Source: the human T2T-CHM13v2.0 reference genome, Homo sapiens. From it: DNA of 64,000 bases. The stretch lies in NCBI RefSeq assembly GCF_009914755.1, contig NC_060944.1. The stretch is one strand, 5' to 3'. The notes under the pieces were generated by a model. That model saw only the letters and a program-made list of their open reading frames with translations. It did no database searches and was not told the origin of the DNA. The translations under genes and the position numbers were made by a program. Below are positions 12,740 through 28,348 of this stretch, in pieces (within the stretch, counting starts at the first letter, position 1; the number at the start of each line of letters is the position of its first letter).

Positions 12740-13520
12740 TATGAGTGTATTCTTTTTATGCAGATACAACTTACAGAGTACGCAAATCTTAAGTGTATGA
12801 TTCAATGAATTCTTACATATGTATGCACGTAACTACCACACAAATCAAGTCGAACTTTTCAGCACTCCAGAGGGTTCCCCTGTGCTTTCACCCGATTGGT
12901 CTATGATTTGGAGTATATCTTTCAGATTTCCAAAGATAGCCAATATGCTGACTTACAGCATCATTCAACGGTTTCATCTGTCTTTAAATTTTCTATAAAT
13001 AAAATCACACTGTAAACACCTTTTTGGATTTTTTTTTTTTTTTTTTTTTGAGACTGTCTCACTCTGTTGCCCAGGCTCACTGCAACCTCCGCCTCCCAGA
13101 TTCAAGCAATTCTCCCGCCTCAGCCTCCCGAGTAGCTGGGACTCTAGGCATGCGCCACCATACCCAGCTAATTTTTCTGTATTTTTAGTAGAGACAGGGT
13201 TTCACCATGTTGGCCAGGATGGTCTCGATCTCTTGACCTCGTGATCCACCCACCTCAGCCTCCCAAAGTGTTGGGATTACAGGCGTGAGCCACGGTGCCC
13301 TGCCTTGCATTTTCTTTTATTCAAAATTATGTCTGAGAGATTAATCCATGTTGTTGCGTTCATTACGGTCTTTGCTACCTGGTATTCCATTGTGTGTATA
13401 TACCACAATGCATCCAACCCATTCTACTCTTAACTGGACATTTGAGTTATTTCTAGGCTTTGTCTCTTATGAACAAAGCTACTATGAGAATTTTTGTGTA
13501 TCCTTTTGTGTGGTAGGATG
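12740..13520 (-). mobile_element. L1ME/MD 3' end, antisense, split by Alu
   Basis: aaatcttaagtgtatgattcaatgaattcttacatatgtat; gagattaatccatgttgttgcg; ggtattccattgtgtgtatataccacaat. Confidence 0.7.
13028..13304 (-). mobile_element. AluSc-like with internal deletion
   Basis: ggccaggatggtctcgatctcttgacctcgtgatcc; the ggagtgcagtggcgcgatctcggct segment is missing. Confidence 0.92.
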
Positions 13521-15179
13521 TGAACTTATTCTAATTGTAAAAATTCCTAAAGAGCAAAAGTCCCATTTGACAGCTGTTTTCCCTCCTTCCTTTTCCTAGA
13601 GATAAGCACTGTTTCCAATTTAGTGTGTATCTTTCCAAATCACCATTTTTAAAAATTCTAGACATGTATAAGATTTTATTGTATTTTAACATAACAGCCA
13701 TCATGTGAAATATATCATTGTAAACCTTATTGTCTTTGCCATTTAAAATATGTATTAAAGAACTTTCTATGTTTGTATACAGAGTGCTCATTCATTGTTT
13801 TTATTTGCTACATTGTATTCCATTCTATAATTGTTAAGTAGAATTATCATTTTATTCAAATATGGAGTTTGTCCCTCAAAATAGATTTAACAGTATCTCA
13901 TAAGCTTTAAAACATGGTATTCTTTTTTATTTTGTAAATAGTTTTTACTTCAATTTTATGACTGTGCATTGAAATTTCTGCAGCATATGGTTGTTTTTCC
14001 TTATTTAAGTTCCCAATTATTTTGGAGGGAGGTTGGATGGGAAGATATGTTTAAATTCAAACGATTAATTTTAATTTTTAGTGCATTATAATCCAAAAAA
14101 TAGCCTATAAAATTTCTTCTGTGAGGAATTTAGAGGCATGTATTTTGATATAATATAGAATAATTATTGTATTTGAAAAGAGGTATTCTATGTGAGATAT
14201 TAAAAATTCTATATGGAGAGAGTTAAATATACATATTTACATGTGCCATATCATGACAATCATTACTGCCCTTCTTTATTTTTGCTTACATGGTCTGTTT
14301 TTTGCTAATGTCTACTTATATGGGTTCTGGATATGTATTATGTTACCAAGTTCTTTATCATTATAAAATGATTTCTTTTCTTGTTCACTGCATTTTGACT
14401 TGGACCTTAATTTGTCTGAAATTAATCTGTCATTCCTTTTTTGCTGTTCTTTCATATTTTCCTCCTCAATTGTTTCATGTCCTATTTTTTTTCTCTCTCT
14501 CTCTCCCTTTTTTTTTGTAATTTTGTTTCAGGTTATTTTCTTCAAAGAAACATATAAATGAAGATTATTTTTGATACAACCAAGAGACTTGATTTTCTAC
14601 AAAGTGGTATTTCAAATATTTACATTTATTGTTGTATCAAAATGTTAATCATATTTCTGTGTCCTATTTTATTTCTGATAGCTTCCTCTTTTTTCGCTTT
14701 TTTAAAATTATGGAAGCTGTACTTTGTTTATCTTTATCTAATCAGGTAATTGTGAAGGTATTTTTGCCACTTTCATTGATCAAAATGTTGTCTTTCATTA
14801 ATATTTATCCAAAAACCTTATTTAAAATACAACTTATCATATAATTAAAGTTGGTTTTGCCAGTTACTTTGTGATAACCTCTGTGAATGGACTAATCATA
14901 TAAACCTATCATCCAAACAGGGACATTTGACAGAGAAAGGAGGCATTAGGAATGAATAGTTACTATATGTATAAAACAAGAGAACTGTAGCATGTTCTCA
15001 TGTCTCTTTTAGTTATACCAAACTTTTATTTAGATAATCTAAGTAATGTCTCAGATTATTGTCACAACATTATTTTCATACGTTCATAGACAGTTTAAAT
15101 GATTTTATATGTATGTTCAGTTCTATCTTATATGTAAGTCTTTGCCCAATAAGAAAATTATTCCTTCTTTCTGTAATAA

Positions 15180-15499
<320 letters not shown>

Positions 15500-15598
15500 G
15501 TAGTACATTTCTTATTATTTCTTTTGCCAAATACATCAAACATTAGGAAATTGGATCTTTGTTCTCTTACCACCATAACTATTTTCTTTTACCCCATT

Positions 15599-15818
15599 CA
15601 GTGGCCAAAAAACTTTTTCTCTAAATAACCAGAGAGTAAATAGTTTAGGCTTTGTGGATCATATAGGATCTGTTACAACCATTAAGTTTGCCAGTGTAGC
15701 ATGAATTAGCCACAGGTGATACTTAAAGCAACCACTGTGATGGTGTTCCAATAAGATTTTATTTATAAAAACAGGTGGGAGTCAGATTTATCCTGAGGGC
15801 TGTAATTGCTGACCTCTG
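15599..15818. mobile_element. MER58A (hAT-Charlie)
   Basis: gtaaatagtttaggctttgtgg...gtgttccaataagattttatttataaaaacaggtgg...ttgctgacctctg. Confidence 0.85.
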
Positions 15819-16544
15819 AGCCAATTTGTCAACTTGTCTTTTTCTTCATATGTTTAGTTATTCTTAGAGAGATCTTTTTCATATTTTTTTGCACGCTGAT
15901 TATAGTTTTACTGCCTCCTATGATAATTTTGACTATAAGATGAATTTTTTTTCATAAACATTCTTAGCATTTTTTTAAATCAACTCCTTTTTGTCTTTCT
16001 TCCTGCTTTTTTTTTTTTTTGGTCTCGGCATAGTTTACCTTTTAATGCTCTCCACTTTTATTTAACAGAATCAATATTTCTTTATATTCTATGAAAGAAA
16101 CCCCAAAATTTCCTATGGTCTATGATTTCCCAAAATTTTAAACACATTTACATATATATATTTGTTTGCTTGATTGTCATTCTAGTTTATTATCACTGAA
16201 GAAGTAAAAAAAAAAAAAAGAAAACATTTCACAATCCCATTTTGTAACAGTCAGAACTACAACTCAGCTCTTGACCTGCCCAAAATCTCCCTGGTTGTGA
16301 AAAGATCAAATTCTTAGTTCTATAGCAGAACAGCTTTAGCCCAGTTCTAAATGCCTAACAAGCACCAAAACCATATGGCTCTTCTGGATTATGTGTGATT
16401 TTTTCCTGCCCTCCACTGCCTGATTCTTCAGTACTCTGGACCAATGGAACCAATGGAAAAATAGTAAGACTGCCAGCATGGGCCTCCACCCTGAGTCTCC
16501 TTCCCTGTGTGGCTATTTACACAGTTACATCCTAAATTCCTCCA

Positions 16545-17650
<1,106 letters not shown>

Positions 17651-18079
17651 AGGCAGTCTCCCAGTTTCCAAAGTTGAACTCCGAGGCTATTTCCTCTGTG
17701 TATTTCCAGTGTCTTTTAGAAGTTGTTGAATCCAAATTGATGTAATTGGTAGTACTACTGAATACCTGTGTGTGACCACCTTAAAGAGTCATGTAACATG
17801 TAACACAGGAGTCAAGGAGAAGGTCAAGGCCAAGGTTTCTACTTTATTTCAGTCATGAGATTTTCTGTGTTGTTAAGCAGGTAAAGGTGGGCTGCCTGCT
17901 AGTTATGATTCTCAAGGTGGTGTCATGGTTCCATAGTTAACTAAATCTTCTCCCGGATTTTGGCAATAGATTCATTGGCGCAGCAGATTTTTGTCAATGC
18001 CTGGCTCATATTCTCTTGATACTCAATGTTACTCATACCACAAACAATTGAAATTCAATTTTTGCCTAAGGACTTTTCT

Positions 18080-18398
18080 GGCTGCAGAAGCAGGCTTGAT
18101 CTGTACATGGAGAAAGCCAGAAGTGCTTTCCCTGTTTATTTGCTGGACAAAGACCCCATCTTCCTGACCTAGGATGGTACAATTCTATGGTGTGTTCTAC
18201 ACCATCTTCCAGAGGTTCCCAGAAATAAACCCCAGCTTCCCATGGAGGTAACCTATTCATTCATACACCTTGTATTGGCTTTCTTCCCTTCTCTCTCATT
18301 TTCCTACTTTTCCTATTAGTACTTCCTAGATTTAATTCCCAAATAAACTACTTGCACCTAGTCTCAGAGTCAACTCTTGGGGTACCCAAAGTAAGACA
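18080..18398 (+). mobile_element. LTR16-group ERVL LTR
   Basis: gtattggctttcttcccttc...cccaaataaactacttgcacc...cccaaagtaagaca terminus. Confidence 0.75.
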
Positions 18399-20330
18399 GC
18401 TATTATCTTTATTATTGTTTTCTGGTTATATGTTTTGAGGTATTCTTTGATTTCATCAATATTTTAATTAATAGCATTTGGCCTGATTTAAAAAAAAAAC
18501 ATATCCTAGAATATTTTCAAAATACAGAAAAAGCCAAAAATAAAAAATAAAAATCACCTTGTAAGCCACAGTTAACATTTTGATATTTGTGGTATATTTT
18601 TTCTCCAGTCTTTCTGCTCTCTCTTGTCCTTCTTTTTCCTATTTTCAAGACAAGTGAAAAGAGACTATGTCAGAAACAATTCCTTAAATGCCATTTATTC
18701 CAGACACAGCCCTTTGATATTTGACATAAGGCCGTTTTGTGTGTGCACAAGCTTTACTACAGATACCGTTGTGTAAATTCATGAATCTGGAGAATCCAGT
18801 GAGTACTATGCTCAATGAATTGTTTTACATAGCATAATCACTGACTACTCCCCAACTCACTTTTAAAAACAGAGATCAGAAGTTTTGCCTCCATTTTATA
18901 GATGGTAAAACAGACAAGGCATGGCTTTCATACATGGAAGGCATTTCAAAGGTCATTTCCTTCACTCCTTGACCGTATTGGCTCATTTCTGCTTTGCTTT
19001 TTGAAAAGTCAATCTTCTTCGTGACCATGCAGAATTATCTGACAAGTTAATGTTGCCTAGCTGGCAACTTGAAATTGAGTCATTTTAAAATCTGCATTGT
19101 AATAATGGGAGTCCCTCATTTCTGAGCCTATAACTAATTCAAAAGCAATTGAAATCTCCCAAGGAGATCACATTGTAGTGGGAAACAATCCCCCAGAGTG
19201 AGACCATGAGACAGGCTAAGTCCATCAAGCAGGTATGCAGGCAGGCAAGCAGACTCCAGGAAGAGGGAGAACCCAAAATAGAATGGGGATGTACAGTTGA
19301 TCATCCCATAGTCAGGCTACTTGATTGACTCCCTTAAAAGTACATGTTCTCACAAAGCAAGCTAATCCTGATGCATTGCACCAACTGTAAACAGAGCTCA
19401 TATATTTGTGCATAAGTCTGTTAATCAACAAACATTATTAGATACCATGTAAGTGCAGAGTGCTATGCCCTGGAGAACACAAGGGAACAAAACTGCACTC
19501 TATCATTGTGAACAGCTCACACTGGTTTCTTTAAACATTTACTGAGTGACTTCAACTGTGTTTGTGTCAGTGTTAAGCATGTTTCTGCTAACAATCTTGA
19601 GATTTGGTGAAGTACAAATATAAAATAATTATTACAACTAAGTAAGTGTCATTAATAAGATGTATGGAAAGGAATGAGAAAAATTTGCTCTATCAAAGTA
19701 AATGTGTGTGACAACTTAGAGAAAAGTGAAGTACTATTTGAATGAGATAATTTTTAAAAGCTATGAAAGGTGGTGAAATGTCAATTGATTTGGGGATTCA
19801 GACCATCTCCATGCTGGCTTACTGCTCCAAAGAAAGGAAAGGCAGCCTTCAATGCTCAGCTCTGAGTTTTAATCTAGACTTATAAGTCCACAGAAAATAG
19901 TCTTGAGAGCAAGGCTTTCAAGGGAGAGAAAAGGATCTTCTCAGACCTCCTTAAACTCCATGTTTCCATTTAGGAAGTGAAGCTTAGAAAAACTAATCAT
20001 AGACCAGGACAGATGTGGATATGTGGGAAGGAAATGTCTCCACACAGGAAGGGTTAAACCATCCCTTGCTGGAGGATGCAAAAGAAAGTAGAGCAAAGGG
20101 TTAAAGACTAGCACCTCCCTCTCCAGTTCTAGTGGGATAGAGTTGCCCCCCACCCCGCAAGTGGGCAGGAGTTAAACATCGAGATGAGTATACCAGCTGT
20201 CATTCTCCCAGTGCCACAAGGATGCATAAACTCTCCACTGCATCCATATGCTATCCAAGCAAGGAAGTGAGGTAGGAGGGGTAAAACACTGGATGTAAGG
20301 AGAAAAAAAAGGTTGTCTGAGTCATTAACC

Positions 20331-20339
20331 AGAGAGAGA

Positions 20340-20379
<40 letters not shown>
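20331..20379. repeat. (AG)n microsatellite
   Basis: about 23 AG units with one interruption. Confidence 0.95.
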
Positions 20380-20382
<3 letters not shown>

Positions 20383-21092
20383 GGGTTTAAACAGACTATG
20401 TAATTTTAATATCTTTAGATGACAAGATTGAGCGCTTTTCACCAAAAGAGGTCCTGCGAATTAGAAGCAAGAGATAGAAAATAAAGATAGTTGCATTCAC
20501 TTAATGAAATGAGTTACTTAAAAACCACCTTAAGATATTAGAGAAGTTGGTAAAATAGGGAGCTCTTTGATGGCATTATGGAGAGGGAACCTTAAAGTAT
20601 TTGGATACTTAACCTGACAAAACGTATCTTCCTTTAGGTTCACTGATGAGCAGGAGTGCTTGGAACCATAGCAGTACATAGGAAACACACTTTATGCTGA
20701 GGCTTTGCTTCAAACTACAAAATGGAGAACTACATTAGCCTGTGCTGAATCAGATAGATAAAACTATTAGAGATGATTAGCTCCAATTGGTTTCACACCT
20801 AAATATGTCACTGGGATACCAAAAAAAAAGTGATGAATACACTTTAGAATGTTCGAGAGAATGTTCATCAGTCCCTAGTGCCTAGTGCTGAGTTAGGGCA
20901 GGGTGGATAGAGGCAGTGATCCTCTCTGGCTACCAGGTAAGAGGCAGAGGAAGAGAAGTCTTTGAGGGTGAGAACACCAAGCTTCTTCTCATATAAAGAT
21001 ATCAGATGGGTCCTATCAAAAACTCCTAATGTAGATAAGAGTGAGAAAGCTGTGCCCACTTTCTCTACCTCATTTCATGCATGATGATTCCA

Positions 21093-21920
<828 letters not shown>

Positions 21921-22139
21921 ACTAACAAACATGATGTGTTTCTTGTTTCTGACCCATGTGATTAGCATCTTGGATTCCAGGGAATGATAGCGGGGGCACC
22001 AATAGAAGTGCGGGGATGGATGGGGTAAGATCAAGCAGGGAGAGTTTCAAGATTCCATTGAAACCACCCAGGATCAACTGGGTTTGGCATTACAGCAATA
22101 GCTCCATTTTTCCTTTCCACTTTGCTTGTTGGAGAGTGC

Positions 22140-22330
22140 AGAGAAAGAAACACTAGCCTGGGAGTCAGGACCTGTGTGTTCTAATTATTCACCTTGACCT
22201 TTAGATGACTTAAGCCACCCATGCCTCAAAATGCTCAACTGCCCTGCCTATCTCACACCAAGGGCTATTGTATGGACTTAAAGAGAAAAACAACTTTGGA
22301 AGCTCTGAAGCTTGTTGCAAACATGAGACA
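22140..22330 (+). mobile_element. MIR fragment
   Basis: gaaagaaacactagcctgggagtcaggacctg...cctgcctatctcacacc. Confidence 0.55.
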
Positions 22331-23057
22331 TTGCTATAAATTAGATCCAATGCTATTAATTAGATCCATTGCTATTTATTGAAACCACAACCTCCTCAAA
22401 TTATTAGATGGGATAAAAGGAAACATTTTATGGCTGGAAGTCATCAGTACTATCATCTTGCAAATACAGACCTTTATAGAAAAGGTGTGTCCAGCCTTGG
22501 AACCCAGAGCAGAAAGAGCAAGTTGTCCCAGAAGGATCCCTAAGCCACAGAAAGGAAGAAAATCTATAAAAACATGAATCACCTGAGCCTTCTGTCCTCA
22601 TTTTCAGATCTACAAAACTGGAAAATGTACAACAGTATTTACAGAGCTCTCCATGTGCTCTGGGGATGGAAAATGAATAGAACTAGCCATAACTCATCAC
22701 CTGTCATGTGCCGGATACTCTGTGAAGATGTCTTCTATGTGTAATCTTCATTATTCCCTTCAACTGTCCTATAGGATTACAGAAAATTGATATTCAAGAA
22801 GATAAGCTATACTATAAGGTTCAAAGGAGGAAGGTGATGGGATTGGAAAAGTTTCTATGGATGACAGAGAATATGAGGTGGTTTCAAAGGATAGGTAAAA
22901 TTTTAAATGGAAAAAATAGGAAAAACTCATACTGTAAAATAAGCAAGTATGAGGTAAAAAATGATAAAACAGGATGCTCGTGGGGCACCATTTGGCTGGA
23001 GCAGAGCCGTGTATGTAGAGAGTAGCGGGAGATGAGATTAGAATGTGGGGCTGAGAC

Positions 23058-24536
23058 TCTATCAGCAAGGATTCAACCAAAGAGTAGAACCAGTAGGAAA
23101 TATATGGACTTGCTACATGGAAGCAACTTTACACAATTGCGGAAGCTGGTTAAGCAGTCTCTGTAAAGCTGTTGTTCTTTGCATCTGATGCTGGAGCTCA
23201 AATCCTCCATGGCAGGCAGTCAGGAAGGGAAGAAGAAGAGTGGGCTAGAACTCTTAGAACTCAACAATAAAAGAACAAATAACACAATTTTAAATGGGTA
23301 AATTATCTAAGTAGACATCTCTCCAAAGAGGATAAATAAATAATCAATAAGCACATGAAAAGATGTTCACCACCAATAGCCATTAGGTGATGCAAATCAA
23401 AACCACAATGAGATACCCCTCCATACCCACTGGGATGTCAATAATCAAAAACGCAGATAACAACCAGTATTGGAAAGGTTGTAGACCCATTAGAATCCTA
23501 CTGCCTTGCTTAGCAGGCAATAGAACAGTCAATTAGAAAAACATTTGGCAGTTGCTCAAAATAAGTTCTCATATGACCCAGCAATTCCACTCCTAGGTAT
23601 ATACCCAAGAGAAATGAAAACACATTTCCACACAAAAACTTGTACACAGATGTTCATAGTACTGTTATTCATAATAGCCAAAAAGTAGAAACCATACAAA
23701 TGAAAGAGTAAACAAAATGTGGTATATTCATATAATGGGGTATTATTCAACAATAAAAGGGTATCAAGTACTGATGATACATGCTACAACAGGGATAAAC
23801 TTTGAAAAAAATGCTAAGACAAAGAAGCCAGATAGCAAAGGCTACATATTGTATGATTCCATTCATATAAAATGTTCAGAATAAACAAATCCATAGAAGA
23901 AACAGAAAATAGATTGGTAGCTGCCTAGGATTGGGGTTGGGCAAGGGGTGGGAGAGGGGGTAGAAATATGGAGTGACTGTTAATGGGTATGAAGTTTCCT
24001 TTCGGGGTGATGAAATGTACTAAATTTGTTTGTGGTAATAGTTGCACAACTCTGAATATATTAAAGGCAAATAAACTATACATTTTACATGTGCAAAATG
24101 TATAGTATGTGGATTATATCAAAATACTGGTGTTTTTTAATTAAAAATAAGAGCAGAAATGAACTGGAACCCCATGAGGATGGGCTAAAATCCTTGTCCA
24201 TTTTTGTTGCTTCTGACCTTGGTGATGAAGGAGTCCTGCAGAAATGGGATCTCTTTATCAGGGAGCTAAGTGCACATGCAGGTCTAGGAGCCAGAGAAGC
24301 TAAAGAGGGATCCAGGGGCAAGTAAAGCAATTCATGCCCAAATGCTTCTTAATGCCAACGAGGTGAATCAGCACATTCCCAACCATGCATGCTGCAAAAT
24401 GGCTGCCACTTTCCTTCTGCCCTCCCAGTCTCACAAGAACTTTCCTTGTGGCTCACCCTAACTGGAAACGTAAAAAAGAGGACCCTAGGAAATGTAGTCC
24501 AGCCTAGCCAAGTTGACACATTGCAAAGCCATTACA
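23058..24536 (-). mobile_element. LTR41-like ERVL solo LTR, interrupted by L1MB
   Basis: right end reverse-complements to tgtaatggctttgcaatgtgtcaacttggctaggctggactacatttcc; left end tatcagcaaggattcaaccaaagagtagaaccagtagga; gactc(tat) flanks both ends. Confidence 0.75.
23250..24150 (+). mobile_element. L1MB-type 3' fragment (ORF2 end and 3' UTR)
   Basis: gcaaatcaaaaccacaatgagatac; tatgacccagcaattccactcctaggtatatacccaagagaaatgaaaaca; gagtgactgttaatgggtatgaagtttcc. Confidence 0.9.
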
Positions 24537-24969
24537 GACTCTATTGCTGGGAGCTTTGAAGGCAGGAGGAGACATTCTTCAGTGGGAATCTACAAAGTGT
24601 TAAAAATAGGGAAGTAAAATATTCTAACCTGAGCTTTGGCAAAATAATCTGGCAGCAAGAGGGAAAATAGTATGTAGAGACAGGAAGATCAGCTAAGGAT
24701 CTGTTGCATAAGTGAGAGTTAGTGAAAGTCTGAAAGGAGGGACATGGGAAGGTAGGAGGAGAGAGAGAGACAGAAAGAAGGTGGATTAGTTCTACTTCTT
24801 AGTGTCATATGGGCGCTGTGTTAACATATTGGAAATAAGGGATTAGGTAAAGAAAGAAAAGAGACATAACTGAATTTTTAAAGCTCCAAGGCTGAGAAGA
24901 TGGAGTTACCATTAACAGAGACAGCAATCCAGGAAAAGAAGCAGATTCGGGCAAAAGAAATGATGAACT

Positions 24970-25292
<323 letters not shown>

Positions 25293-25787
25293 CTATCTGG
25301 AAGTCAAAAACTTAGGAGTAAAATCAGAGGTTTGAGATACAGTCTCTGAATCAGTCTCTGTAGTGGTCATGGGCCAATGGTTCAGATCAACAAGAGGGAA
25401 AGGATGTAGAGAGAGTGGAGAAGGGTCATTGAAAGCCTGAGGGAAGCACTCAGAGAAACAGCAGGATAATCAGGAATGTTAGACTTCCCAGAAATCAGAT
25501 GGTAATGTTTCAGGAAGAAATACGTAATTACTTCCAAAACTCAAGTCAGGACTAGGTATACACTGTGGTCACAACACCAACTAGATTGGGACCAACAAAT
25601 GCTGTAGAATGAGAGGTGGAATTTTTTATCAAGATTTCCATTAAAGAGTTGAGCTTTCAGATCCATAAATACAGTGGTAGATAAGGTGAGCAAGCTAGGG
25701 CATGCAGTAGTCCAAAAGCAGAGGAAAATATGTTCTAAGAGGTGATTTTGTTGATGTTATTCATCAGCCATGCTTTCCCTGTCTAAG

Positions 25788-26082
25788 GCTTTTGAAGGTC
25801 ACTTAGTGACAGATCCAGAGCCAGTTTTTGACAACAATGATGACAGCAACTTTGAAGATGTTTGACAGAAAACAAAAGTGGGGAGAAGGACAGTGTGTTG
25901 AGTCTTAAAGCACTGAAAGATGGTCTTGTTGGATGGAGGAAGTTTGGACATATTGGCAGGAATTAGAATGGATGGAACTGAACACAAAGCGAGGATGATG
26001 TAGTCTCATTCTGGAGAAACATCGTGGACTCATTGGAAAAGTGATGAAATTACAAAGGTGTGAAACCCTGGAAAAGTGTCAG
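25788..26082 (+). other. candidate 295-nt non-coding exon
   Basis: acceptor gctttccctgtctaag| and donor gtcag|gtatgt; purine-rich, non-repetitive body. Confidence 0.25.
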
Positions 26083-28246
26083 GTATGTGGGATTCCTGCA
26101 TGCACTACATTCGTCATGACGGCAAAACTCACCCACTGGCCAGGAGAGCTTGAAATCATTTCCTCAAGGGAAGGCCACATTGCTGAGGAAATCATCCCTC
26201 CCTGGAAATTTCTGATCCTGATTCCCCTCATTTCTCTAGAAATGATATCTTAATTGATTTTTAATCATTTTCATTTCTCAAAGTTAATTACCCTCTGAAG
26301 GTGCCTACCTATGTGTGTGTATGTGTGCATGTGTGTATGTGTGCGGGTGTTGGTGTGCATGTATACACACAACTGTGATCATCTGATTGTCCTTCTTCAT
26401 GAAAAATAATATTGTTACAATCTTGATACTACATGTAAATACAGTTGATAACAAGCCTTTCAATACAGAAAAAAACAAAGGCAAACAAACAAACAAAAAA
26501 ATCCTGGGAAGTGTCTTCACGTTAATGTCTAGGTTATAATTTCTCACATTTTTTCAGTTTCTTACACACTTAGTGTCTCAGTAATATTCTCCTGGCAAGT
26601 GTAGGCCAAAAGGAAAACCTGATCCTTTTATTAGGGAGTTAGGTCCAAAACACTCAGTATTTATGTCTTAACTTAACAGCTATTGAAAAGAGTAACTCAC
26701 ATACATTCAAATAAATTCTCCAATCACCTGGTCTCCAATCAGCCTCATCTTTGTTTCCCACACTTCTCTACCTGAAACATCCTCCCAGCTCTGTCTCTAC
26801 CCACAGCTCCTGTCCTCATCACACAGCTCAAGAATCCCCCTGCCTGTCATGGCCTCCCTCCACTCTCCAAGAGAATTGCTCACGCCTTCCTCTGTGCTTC
26901 CAGAGGACTCTGCCCCTGTCCTTAACATGCAGCATCACAGTTATTCACTAGTGAGAGACTGCATACCTTCAAGTGAGGGAACATGTTTAATTCATGGCTC
27001 TTTCCTCAGCTCCTAATGGGGTCTGCCACCTTCTAGGTGCTTACTCCATGTTTATTCATTGAATGAATGATCGACGTCACCAAACTCACCAAGCAACTTT
27101 GAAGTGAAAATGTAAGAGAACTGTAGGTGCCAGCCTACATATAAATGCACAGCCACATATACATATGCAAGTCTACATATACGCATGCATTTATATGCAT
27201 GCTAACATAAACATCTGCCTACATCCCAGTCGCCTGAATAGTAGTTCTGGATCCTCTCCCTGGGAAGAACACAGAGAAATTAAATAACTTGCTCTGGGTG
27301 GGTCGCATGGCTAGTATATTACAGAATTAGGATTCAAACTCAGGCAGATTAACTCCAAAGTTCATGTTCTTGACTAATGTGCACTTTGATTCTCATTCCT
27401 CCCAGCGAAAGGTCTTAGGAATGTATATACAACCAGGAAGTCTTTTCCAAAATAAATGAAGTAACATAATTATACTTTGCCCCTATCCTCCCTCCTGCTG
27501 CCCAATTCTCCCTCTGACTACTCATCATTATAAAAACATATGAATTCGACAAATTTAGCAAGTGGGCATTTATGACTCTCATCTTTTCCATGCATTGGAA
27601 TACTGATCTGAGCAAAATATGGCCTTTGTCATGAATGAGAAGGAAAGACAGAGACATTGAGGTCTGTAAGAGGACAATGCACAAGGTATTGGAGGAGCAT
27701 TAAATAGGAGGGAGCAATTCAAGCTGCGAAAAAAGATCACAAAGCCCTCAGAGGAGTAGGATACCGGGGCCATAAAACCCAGGGTTCCCATTCAAAACAG
27801 CCAGATAAAACATATTCCAAAAGATGTAGTCAATTCCTGAATGAAGCAGATGCATTTGAGCAGGAAACCAGGAATCCTCCCAGATGTCCCAAAGCCTTGA
27901 GCAAGCCATTCCTCAATGCTGGGCCTCAGTTTCCTCCTCTGCAGATGCTCTATGGAGCATGCTGGATTAAACTATCTTTAGCTCTAAAACCTCACCTCAT
28001 CCTTCATTAGATTCCATATATATGATAAAGTATTCATAACAGTGTTCCAAAAATAAGAAGAAAGCAAAGAATTTAAAGTAAATGCAGTTATTTTAATCTT
28101 GGGCAAAATAACCCAGAGAACTAAGGGAAGAGACCAATGGCCACAGAACCCATGGGTCTTCCAGCCCTGATCCATCATCTCCCTTCTGGAATTGCAGAGC
28201 AGGAGCACTTCGTGCTCCCTGCTGTTTCTCATACTCTGAAACTTAC

Positions 28247-28348
28247 CCGCAGTGAGCACTGATGAATATCACCTAGCCCCTATCCTGTGCCTTCAGTTGT
28301 GCTAGACCTTCAATGCCTATGTTGCCTTGTTTCATCTTCTCAACAACA
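28247..28348 (-). other. candidate MIR-derived exon
   Basis: minus-strand acceptor aatcttgtcttacag| and donor gcgg|gtaagt; stops in all three frames. Confidence 0.25.

Noticed and set aside
24089-24325. 78-aa ORF overlapping the APOA4-like segment as a functional gene
   Set aside because: It starts in L1MB sequence, and the APOA4-like blocks are frameshifted and stop-interrupted, so it is a fossil and not a CDS
25780-26000. CR1/L3 reverse-transcriptase relic (aaggcttttga; aagatgtttgac...aaaagtgggg)
   Set aside because: Motif spacing does not fit a CR1 RT and the resemblance is too weak to call by eye
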